In this document: piece by piece, positions 49,531 to 60,644 of the stretch
How the letters are laid out: the number at the start of each line of letters is the position of its first letter
How positions within the stretch are numbered: the first letter of the stretch is position 1
Origin: Chlorokybus atmophyticus
Taxonomy: Eukaryota; Plantae; Mesostigma and Chlorokybus algae
Direction of reading: 5' to 3'
Length of the DNA stretch: 64,000 bases
NCBI GenBank assembly: GCA_009103225.1
Contig: RHPI01000984.1
Coordinates: forward strand, 15,551 to 79,550
The notes under the pieces: model-generated
The model's database searches: none
The model's input: only the letters and a program-made list of their open reading frames with translations
Told to the model about the DNA's origin: nothing
Translations under genes and position numbers: made by a program

Positions 49531-52500
49531 CAGAGGGTTGGGACACCATGCTACTATGCGACAGGTGTGTTGCCGGTTAGCACATGGAGTGCCTTCGTCC
49601 ACCACTTGAGGAGATCCCTGATGGAGCATGGTACTGTCCGGCGTGTACGAGGACTACGCGATGAGCGTGTGAGTCAGCTGCAGGCGCACGAGGGCGTTGG
49701 CGCTCAGCTGCAGGGGGTGGTGACACGCATCTTTCATATGTGTGTCTACCATATGTCGAGAGATAGTGCGTGAGACAGCATGACATGGTCTCATGGTGTA
49801 CAATAGCATGCGGACATGCATGACAACTTGTAGGTGGTTTACGACGAGTTCATGCCATGATGAGGGAAGGCACGACAGTGCAAACCAGGTGTTGGAAGAC
49901 GTGTTGCGACACTACACTTCACCCAGGTTTAATGACAGGCATTTGCACCTGGCATTAGCTTGGTTTGCGGTGAACAATGCATGGCAAGGATCACTGCATA
50001 GCACTCCGTTCTGTTTGAACTATGTTAGGCATCATGTGACGCCTATGTCTCTGCAAGTTCAGCCGTTTTGCAAAGTGCCTACAGCTAGAGACTTGACAGA
50101 GCAGATACACGGTGCATTGGCTAGTGCCAAAGTCTGCCTGAGAGCAGCTCAAGATCGGCATAAGATGTATGCTGATCGGCAGCGCAGCCCTGGAGAGGGT
50201 TTGAAGGTTGGGGACAAGGTCTTGTTCAGCACCAGAAACATTGGGCTCAAAACTAGTGGTGTACGTAAGCTCCTGCCCAGGTGGCTTGGGCCGTTCACTG
50301 TCTCTGCAGCTGTGGGAACACGAGCCTTTAGGCTTGAATTGCCAAAGAGCATGCGTGTCCACAATGTGTTTCATGAGGCGCTGCTCAAACCATACAAGAG
50401 TAATGGTAGAATGCAGCCACCTCCACCTCCTGTTGAGGTGGAGGGCGACCTTGAGTATGAGATCGGAAGCCATTGTTGGCAAGCGGTTCGGGAGATTTAT
50501 CAAGGGCTTCCAAACAGAGTACCTTGTAAAGTGGCTGGGTTATGATGAAGAGCATAACCTCTGAGAGCCAAATTTTAACTTGGAAAACTGTACTGCTAAG
50601 TTGGAAGAGTTTAAGAGTGAGCTCGAATCCACAGGTGCCACTTGAAGGAGCTTGTGCTCTGGAGCTTGTGCTCAGTTGTAATGTGCAACATTTCTTCTGT
50701 GACATGCCAACATGCGCGCACTGTTACTTAGTATTTTAGTTGGTTGTCACTCCCGTGGCTTGCACATGTTCTACGCGTAGTGTGCGATGATTCAGAAGGG
50801 TTGGCCACCCTTGCTGGCAATTGTCGTGCGGGGCTTGTGCTCCATCAGTTTGCAACGTGGAAGTTGCAAGGCAAGTGGGGAGGAATGTCACGCCCAAAGG
50901 ACTGGCTTAAGTCACTCTCAATTTCTTACTTATGTGGTAAGTAAGAAGGACTAAATGAGGATCTCGTATAGTCATGGTGAATGTAGCACCTGGCATACGT
51001 GCTCATGAAGTCAGTTCTATGCACTTGGTGTATGAGGACCTAGCTACTACATAAGGCATTGTCTACCAGTAAATACAGGACTGGTCAGTGTCAAACAGAG
51101 TCGCTAAGGCACCAAGGGTGTTGCTTGTGTTGATGTGTCCGAGGGTGGACAGAGTCAGCCTGTGCTGACAGGTCAGCGCATAGGTGGCGAGGTTGTGTTG
51201 GCCTCGGATATTCTATGTGTCTGGTCGGAGAGCAGCGGGTAGTATTAAGGCATGGCTACCATCTTGTGATGGTAAGGGGGAGTTACTGGCCTTGCAAGAC
51301 TACTCGTTCGTAGGGTGCCTGGCTGAAGCTTTTGAAGGGTGCTCTCCCATCTACTCCCTTGTGGGTTGTTGCTGGTAGCAAGGTGTGTGGTAAAGTACAG
51401 CTGCTTGTGCAGAAGTTTGTGACCCTCTCAGCAGGTAAGTTGAGAGGTCAATGTTGTGACACATGTGGACTATGTGGTTCATATGGACTTATCGCTTATC
51501 AAGCTGTGTAGTGCTTAGCAGGTTGAACCACACGGACACGTCCTTGCCTCCTTAGATCGCTCGGACATAGTAGTACACAAGGCATTAATATGTGGTAGCA
51601 CATAGCTGATTACTGTCTACCCTGGCCATGTGAGCCTTGTATCATGATGTCACACCACCGTGTAACAATGATTGCCAATCATGGTGACCCTGAGACAGTT
51701 GTGAGCTGTTAATCGTGGTTCACGTTTGTTTGACGATGTCTGCCATTGCGTGTCCGCTACACACAGTAGTAAGCTGCTAATGGCATATCGTGTCACACAG
51801 TGTCCTGTGTGGGACATTCCGAATAAGCCTAGGTACCCCAATCCTGTGATGGGACAAGTCCAATGTTGGACTTGTTAGCTCAAGAACAGTACCCTGTATA
51901 TATTGATGTTTCCGCGATAATCTCATTGATACTCCCGAGGTGGAGTTTAACGATCCCTATGTAGGGAATTGTCATGTGTATAGGTTAGCGCACAATGACA
52001 AGGCCTTGTTGGCCTTAGACATTGTGTATCAGGTCGGAGAGCAACAAGTGAAGTATATAAGCTTGTGTAAGCTGACGATTTGCATCATCATGTGAGGTGC
52101 CCTACGAGAACTAACTTGTGTGGGGGGTGCCTGCTTTGGAGCTGTTAGAGGGGCTCTCCCTCACATCCCTTGTGGGGTGTGATGTTGTGTATGTGTGCGC
52201 CACCTTAGGTGCATGTGTGTGTCTGGGATTGGAGCTGAGTGGAGGGGCGTGTGGTCATCCTCTTCCTCCTTGGTGCGGAGCTGCTGGGCTGCTCCCGTGG
52301 TGTCTTGCCGTTGTACCAAGTGGTACTTAGCACACAAGTTGTGTTGCTAGACTTCCTCCTAGCTGGAGTTGTAAGTCCTTTGTTTTGTGCATAAGTGTGC
52401 GGTGGCTACTAGCAAGTAAGTGAGTAGAAATGTCATAATCGCCAGAACGTTCTTTGTTCGTTCTCTATGCATGACGCATATAGGGAATGAGCCTTTTGCA

Positions 52501-55500
52501 GTCACGCAATATTACGCACAGTCACGCTGCATTGCGGCGTGACTGTATGCAACACGTGACGCAGCGTGACTAGACGTCACACTATTAGCTAATACACGGT
52601 TTCATATATGTGTTGTTTACCATAATATATGCCACTGATGATGCAATGCTTCGTGTCAAATGATGCATGTGATTGTGCTAATCAATATACGCCTTTTGAT
52701 GAATTTTATGTACAATCAATCAAAGATTTTATTCGAATTTTTGTTCAATATTGTTGATTCGTTCGATGTCACTCATTAATGTCGCTTGCTTTGTGTTGTG
52801 TGTGTATGTGCTGTGTTCTGCAAAAACAAAGCAAGGTTATATGAACCTTAAACTTAATGATAACAATATTGTTCAGGTTCTTGTTCTTTGTTCGTGCGGT
52901 CATGCCCGAACCTAGGTTCGGCCAGCCCTACTGATTAGCACTGATTGATCTACTCATTTATCTGATTGATTAGATATCAACCTGTAGATTACAACAAATC
53001 AATACTGTATGAGGGACCGTCAGCAGGACTTTCTAGCGGCGCGTGTGCTGTGGAGGCACAAAGCCCCGCTCAATCAAGCGGTTCTTCCGGCAACTTTCCG
53101 CCACTGTCATCATCATCAGCCTGAAGCTACTCCGACGTGTTTGCGGAGTGGCATCCACGTGGACATTCAGAGGGGTAGGTTGTTGCCTTGGCGTTGGTGC
53201 AGGCGTGAGGCAGCAGGGTGGCGGCATTGTTGGCGTGGTCTGTTGCTGTGACGTGCGAAAGCTTGGGGAGGAGGTGGCACATACAAAGGAAGCATAAGGG
53301 TTAGGGTGAGGGTAATTGCGCGATCAGGCTGTCAAGGTCTGGCAGCTAACCACGGGTGGCTAGCCAGGTCGACCGCCTTGCGGCTGTTGCTGGCTGGCTT
53401 TCCGCCTCTGCCTAAGATATGGCGTGGGCGTGCTGTCGCTGTTGAGCTTGGCTGTTGTTTATGGCGATGGTGACGGTGGGGGCGACGGCACTGCCGGCTG
53501 TGTCGTTGGTAAGGCTCGAGGTGTCGGCGTTTTCTTGCGGCGAGCGTCAATGGCGGGCCGAATTCTTCGACAAGCACAAAATTGTGCCAGTCTTGCGTGG
53601 TTCTGGCTCTTCCTTTTTTGGAGAGTCGCTGCGGGGAGCTGCCGTCCGGTCCTCCAGCAGGCCGCACCGCACCTTCACCAAGCGCTAGCTTGCTTCTAAA
53701 GCAACCGTCCCTGGAGTAAACCTATCCGACATTGAGCCAACGGAACAGGTGAGCTCGGTTGAGGTTCTCATTCTGTGGCAGATTCATTTGTGAAACAAGG
53801 AGAGCTAGCTAGCTGTACAACTATGCCTGGCTGTGTCTGTTGCGCATCCGGCAACAACCGGTTGTGACTCTGCCAATGGACCGTTCGCTCATGGTGTTGC
53901 TTTTGCAGAGTATATCCCAGCAAGACTGCCCTTTGTTCAATGTGCTGCGGGCCATTGCCATACCCTCGTTTGCTGTCTTCTGTACACCAGCGATTGTTGC
54001 GGCAGCTGCTGTTGGAGCTGTTGCCAGCCTCATTATGAAAGAAGAGGCGGCAGCTGCTTTCGATGATGCACCTGTTGTGTAAGTTGCTTGCTGATGTGGG
54101 ATCACCCTCAAAGTGGTGACGAATGGCTGTCACGCGTTGAGTGCTCTGATGCATTTGTGCGCGCACAGGCACTACAAGTCAAGGCACAATAAGCAGGATA
54201 CGGTGCGCAATGCGTTCATGGTCAGTCAATGCGTTGCCTTTGATGCGGCGTTTGCCGCATCCGTCATGATGCTACACCCTGTGGTCGTCGCTGTTGCGGC
54301 CGCTGTTGGGACCGTCACCATGGTGGACTTGCGATGTATAATCAGCTCCACGGCAGGGAATGACAGTCACAGCGGGCCAGAACTGGCGGCCATATCCAAA
54401 GCAGCGTCAGGAGCCCAATCGAACAATCAGGCTGCAGGTGTTTGCACATGTACACACCTGCAGACTCACAGCATACCAATGTGTGCATATTGCTGCATAC
54501 ACGTGCTATATACAGATGCTGTCGTTCTTTGTGTATTCCTTCAAGACATGCATTAGTTAGATCTGCTACGCATAAAAGCAGTCCTTTGTCTTCATTGAAC
54601 CGCAGTGAGCTCAGTCGGACTGCACACAATCTACACCAAGTGCATTGGCTACATACAAGCATGTAAGCACAGCTTACCAAACAGTATGGCATGCTGTTGC
54701 ATATGCTGTGCACAAACTTTTTGGCATGTCTTCTAGAACTCAATGCTGCACTGCCTTTTTTGTTGTGCACATTGCCTTGTTTACCAAGGTACTGTGCACC
54801 ACAACGTCAGTGCGCACACTACCTAATTGGCACTGTATTGGTTAAGTGCGTGTGCCAGCATCATGCACACCTGTGAGCCCATGCCATGCCTGCGCCCCGA
54901 TTACCTGGAGCACCTCATGTTCACTCAATAGCCCACGTGTTGCTTTGCAGAAACTAGCACAGACACAACAGGTACAACCGCACATAGCAACAATGCTGCC
55001 AGCAGCAACAGCAACAGCAACAGCACCGTGTTGGGACGCACTGTATACCTATCGCATTGTTAAGCGTGTCCAGAACACGCTCAACAGGTATTGCCATTGC
55101 AATTGCCAATTATGCCGTCTCGAGGAGGACCTTACCATCTCTCCCGCACCCAGACAGGAGTAGCTGGCTTGCGACTGATTGACCGGTCTGTCATCGTAAT
55201 CCATTCAAGTCAACTGGCTTGCAACACTGCGCGATAAGTACAATCTTCAAGTGCTTTTGGACTGGGAACCGCATAAGGACACATTGGAGACTTGAACCAG
55301 TAAATATGGGACTGCAGGCTACAAGATCTTTGCACCTGTAACTGTCATGCTCGTGACCAACCAATACTCAACGCACCAATGCGTGGTGCACGCTAGGCAT
55401 CACGCAGTTGCTCAGCACAAACACTGCTTGCAAAGGCCCCCCAGGGGGGGCCCCTGCGATTGCAAGCTTGTTGATACTGTCGTGACTCAGCTAGTGGAAC

Positions 55501-55765
55501 TGCAGGTAGTGGTGGTGGGAAATTTGAATGTGTTGATGTCGTCAAGCAAACTGCGGAAGGACATGCAGTTGCGAATGCCGTTGCGCGGCAGTGGCAGCTG
55601 CTGACATGTCTGCTGAACCAAATGCACAATCAAGGCAGGTGGCTCGTACTAATCGTCTTCTTGGTTCTTGGTTCGCTCGCACATACACCCCTTGCTGTCA
55701 CTGCCATTGGGCAAACAGTTGTTTTCAGACTCAAGGCGTTCAGTGCCCCGCAATTGTATCATTAA
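49531..55765 (+). repeat. Segmental direct duplication, copy 2 (ends at an assembly gap)
   Basis: Colinear with 39120-45418. Stops at the n at 55766. Confidence 0.93.
49721..52437 (+). mobile_element. 3' fragment of chromovirus family B, copy 2 (LTR 50886-52437)
   Basis: Same motifs as copy 1 and the same chromodomain frameshift. Confidence 0.8.
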
Positions 55766-55766
55766 N
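55766..55766. other. Assembly gap (n)
   Basis: Literal n base. Confidence 0.95.
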
Positions 55767-55922
55767 GACGCAATCACACACATGCAAATATATGCGGATC
55801 TTGAGTCTGAGCACATCCAGCAACCACATTAACACACACACACACACACACACACGCATTATTTACGCTGGACAAGTTGGAGTACACTTTGTTACGAGAT
55901 GAGAGCAAAGCACTGCAACTCA

Positions 55923-57865
55923 TCACTTTGATTCGATGGCATCCATTTCGTCCAATGCGCGCTGTGTTGACGACGGCGGAGCAGTCTTGTTATGTTTCTC
56001 GTACTGCAGCTCCAAGAACGTGTAGTACTCTGGCCGATTGTCTGCCTCAAGGTAATGTCGATTGCCAACAGGCCACTGCTTCCACAGCTCGAGCCGATAG
56101 TAGTTGGCAATGTCAATTGGCTCGACCATCAGCCGGAAAGTGTTGCCTCTTGCACACCAGACATTGGACTTGCTGAATAAGTCAGGAGGCAACATGCCAT
56201 CCATGTACCATTTATATGCTGAACGCCAGAAGTCCCGCAGAACCCTGTCATGTCATGTCTTGTTGGTGCGGAGGTCATATCAGCACTGAGCCATCAGGTG
56301 AAGGCCTAATATTGCAATGCATCATATTTTGTCTGACCTGCGTGCTCGCTCGACTCTTTTCAGGGGCCCTTCTTGCGGGCTGTCATCGCTAGCGCGGTAT
56401 GCTCTGAAATCCGCGTAGTAGTCTGGCGAGGTCTGCATGAAGGCTTGTATTGTGTCCATGGCGTCTTGCACCTCATTGCGCCACTTGTCAGTAAGCTCTG
56501 TCTCATTTTTCCGCAGCTCGGGAACGCTAAGCACGCCCACTCGCGGTGACTCGGAAGCGCTGCAAAGTCAAAGGAACTCAGACTACGTGCGTTATGTGGT
56601 AAGCCAACACATGCAAACCAGGCCGCAATGCGAACCTAAGTTGTGATGGCATAGGCTGCATGAAGGCCGGTACAATGCCCAAGTGATTCACGAGGGTGTT
56701 ATACCCAACCCAGGGTTCCTGTTGCATCAAGATGGAAACAATAAACCACTCTGATTGCTGATGCGCAGTTGTCAAGCAATGCAAGGTGACTGTGCGCATG
56801 TTGCAAGCGCATGTCTCCCAAACAGAAGTGTACAGCTTGGAGCAAATGCAACACACACTCTCTTTTGTGAACTTGCCTGCTGATCGCCAAGGGTGAAGTA
56901 GCTAAACTTCCTAATCCCGTCGGGTACATGCTTTCTAACTCCGGGCGGTTTGAAGATGACCGGAACCAACCAGCCGAAGCGATTCTGCTCCTCGTAAACC
57001 TTGTTCGCTATGTTGGTGTACTCGTCGTGCGTTCCCGCTCCCATCTTGTCATCCTCGGTTGGTACTTTCAGTGAAAACCGTTCGTAATGCTCATCACAGG
57101 CAACAATCACCTGAAAGGTCAAATGCACAACACACAACACACACTTGTCAAGGCGCCCCCTCTAAACATTCACAAGTGAAGTGCAAGTCAGTACAATCGC
57201 TCTTGTTTCCCAAGCATACAAGTTCAGTTGTGTACATAACGCACACACGAGTACGCGCACGCACAGTGTGTACTGATGCGGTGGGTATAGGAAACTTCTA
57301 AACAGTACAAGCGGCACAATGTCTGGAGGTTGTGCGTTCAAGTGCATTGTATGTATCCAGATGATTGACAAGTGACAATTGACAACCACTTTAGGACAAG
57401 CGATGGGCGCCTAGAGCAAGCATGGGTTGCATTGCAGAATTGCATCTGTAAAATCTTGAGGTGATGAAACTCGGATTTGACTGTCTGCTTGACACTTGGG
57501 CTGCCATGCCACGCGCATGCAGGCAAGTGCATGAGTGTGCGTGCAAGTGCTGTGGTGTACAATGGGTGTGTGCGTAGACGTACCAGAAGAGCCAGCAGTG
57601 AATCAGGGTGCAGCGGCGTGCATGCACGAGAAAGCAACAAAGATTGGGGAGAAGGCAAAGGTGAAAAGGGGGCGAGAAGACAAAGGCTAGTAGAGTGGAA
57701 GAATGAACGAGAGAGAGATGGCAAGACGGCAGGTTGACGGCTGCTACTTACCAAGGAAAACAGCAGTAGCTGTTGCTAATCACCCCGCCTCAAACCACTG
57801 CCTCCGCCTCATGCGCCGTCGCCGCCAAATCTTGTCGCGCTGCCGGTGACAATGATCATCGGCTT
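55923..57865 (-). CDS. EDS1/PAD4/SAG101-family lipase-like + EP-domain protein; C-terminal exons intact, N-terminal lipase part disrupted or unresolved
   Basis: Exons 57110-56877, 56718-56636, 56559-56338 and 56244-55923 splice in phase (GC-AG, GT-AG, GT-AG) into 286 aa. The product contains DYYADF, RVLRDFW..LPPD..W..FRLMVEPIDIANYY..HYLEADNRPEYY. Upstream lipase-3-like pieces are KPMIIVTG (57865-57842), LATATAVFL, RCxxxxxP, DIVP (57323) and THDEY. Confidence 0.85.
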
Positions 57866-58349
57866 GTCCTTGTGGGCGGGGGCGGCGGCAGCGTTGTGGT
57901 CGTCGCCGTGGGATGAAGTAGGCGTCATTCTTGCCACCTGGCCAGTGGGCATACCACCACCGCTGCAGCATAGGTTGGCACTCACTCCGCCGCTTCTGAT
58001 GCTCTCATGGTCACACTTGCATGCACCCAGCGGTCTGATCAGGTTTGTGTGATTAAGAAGACATGTTCATGGGGCGGGTGATTGCACAAATGGGCGTGTG
58101 GGGTGAGTGTATTGAGAATATGTCATCGCGTGCAAGTCTGCGAGTATCAACGAATAGAAGTGTGTGCGAGTGTCAGTGCGAGAGAGAGTACATGTCTGTG
58201 ACTGTGTGGCTGAAGAGCATATGCATGTGGAATTGTATGTGGGGGACTGCATGTGTAGATGAATGGTGCGCTCAAGTTTGATCGATGCAGTGGATGTGTA
58301 TACGTTTAGTTGTAGGATGCAGCGTTTTTTCAACACATGCATAATGCAC

Positions 58350-59860
58350 GGGTGTCATGCTGTTGGCCTTCCGCTGCAACACCAGATCCGCATGCAGCTG
58401 ACAGCATCCCTGAAAATTGTACCATGCTCAGTGTTGTAATTGCGAGTGTAGCCTGTCTCAGCAATGTACCCAATTTGCTTGCTCGCATGGATGCAGCATG
58501 CTTAGGAAGCCACCCAACCACCATTTTCTTGACAGGGCAGCGCGGAGAGAGCCGCAGTGATACACGACGCAATAATACATAATTTGCAGCATCCACCATC
58601 GACTGCAACAGCGCTTCTCGGCGCTGTCTCGTCCGCTCGAAACGCTTGTTATTTATTTCATTTCTTCGCTGGGCACACTGCCTGCACCAAGAGGACAGGC
58701 TAGTGCGCATAGCCTCGCCTAGCAGCGACTATATAGTCAGCCAATGATGCATGGCTTGTCACATAGCCTTACCCAACTAGGATAGCTGTGCGGCAAATGG
58801 TTGGTTGGTTGCCTATGACAGGGGGCGATGTGGTTGCACATGCACGATTGCATGGGTAGAGACTTGCCATCATGTATAGTGTACGACTGCAGAGTACAAG
58901 TGTAGAGTACAAGTGTTGCTAGACAATAATACACACGTCATTTGGATGGCAGTATGTATGCCTTCATATGAAGAGGATGGGACATCCTGGTCCACCCTGC
59001 TTCGGGTGTAAGTGAGTCAACCGAAATTGTACATGTGATAAATCAGAAGCCAGCTGGCGCCCTACCCGTGCAGTCAAATCTCTGTCAGGAAGGCAGGCTC
59101 CAGAGAAAGAGGCCTCTTTACAAACGCTGCCATTGTGCGCTGACCAATGTCTGTGGAGCAGTGGTCGAAATACACCTCATCCAACAAGCACTCTATCCTC
59201 GCCAACACTGTTGGGCTCGAATTACTCCACGAACCAGCACTTGCGGATGTTGGTATGCCATCCGAAGGTACATCTGCGAAAGGTGGTCCGGGGGGGCGAT
59301 ACTCTGACTGGTCTTGTGGGTGAGTGCGCCATGCTTACCAGCAGGCAGATCCCATCGGGTAACAAGCACTGTTGGGTAGTCGCACTAAGGGTGTTGCAAC
59401 GAGCGGAATTAATCGACCAACTCGTTGTAGTTTCATACTATAACCAGCCCGGCATGTTAGTCAATCCATGCGCAATCTTTGACACAACGTATTCGAGCAC
59501 GATCAGCATAGCATGCATCATTGCAAGTGCCGTCAACCTGACATAACTCTCCATACCCTCTTCGCCTAGTGTGCTTTGATATGAGCAGACAGAATGGCAA
59601 CAGGCACATATTTGCCGTACTTACAGGTGCCGTAAATAATAACAATCAGGCATGGTAGGCGCCTATTACTCCTGTCTGTCTGAAAGGGCGTTCACCTCGT
59701 CGTACATGCTCTGCCTTTGCGCCAGTGTCGGGTTGGCAAAAGCTGTCGCTTTGTCGAAGCCAATGAGCCCCAGCTTTGCTTTAGAACTCGCCAGCGCCCA
59801 TCGATGCAGGACTGTGGCCTTGCCGTAGTCGTGATCTAAGTCAATAGCAACTGCTATGCA
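58350..59860 (-). other. Unassigned exon-like segments between the TNL and the EDS1-like gene
   Basis: Frames AVAIDLDHDYGKATVLHRWAL..DRQE, LTALAMMHAMLIVLEYVV and RNEINNKRFERTRQRREALLQSMVDAANY have plausible splice sites. No family recognised. Confidence 0.35.
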
Positions 59861-60644
59861 AATCTCAAAAGCGTAGCAAACATGACGAGCATTGGCGATG
59901 CTGCAAAATGTGTTCGCCTCTGCGCAGATTGCTCTGCTCCTTGCAGCGTGGGAAGGCTACACAGTCCTCGACCACCCATTGGTGACCTGATCGTGGAGAT
60001 GCGACTGCCATTGTAGTCAGAGCACCAACCCTTGCCACCGGTGGTGTATTCAGCGATTGGGTGGGTCCCATGACAAATAGCCATCACAGCCAGTACACCA
60101 GCAGCAGGTGCTCAACACCATAACCATCGCCTGCAGTGTCAGCAACATGTGTAGGTCGGTGTCTTAGAGTGGGTGTGCTTGCGTTGAGTGTTGTTTGTGA
60201 ATCTTGATGTGCATGCAGGTATTCAAGTCAGCATGCATACTCGTACGTGTAGGTCGACCTACCAAAGTGGCTGCGTGCGTGAGCGCGTGTCAGCCTTGTT
60301 GGAGAAGGTATGTGCACATGCGCGTGCTTGCATTGGTCTGCGTACGCATGTGCATGCTGGTTCCTGTGCCATAACGCACAAGTTTCCAGTCAGTCTGTAA
60401 GACGTGTGTTGCTGTAAGCATATGTGTGTACACAAATGTGAGCAACTGTGCAAAATGAGCATGTGTGTGCGGCCGCTCTTACCCTGGTAAGGTGAGGGGC
60501 AACCATACCCTGCAGCGCCGATTGCCTCACCCGCCTACATACTTTGCGCACATACCAGCGAGCACATACGGATTCTGGCAAGGCCGCCCAATCGCTGTAC
60601 TTGCTGCCGTCCTGCTCCTGCAGTGCTGCGATTGCACTGATATA

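Noticed and set aside
55760-55930. Functional link between the duplicated block and the EDS1-like gene
   Set aside because: They are separated by an assembly gap at 55766, so adjacency is unproven.
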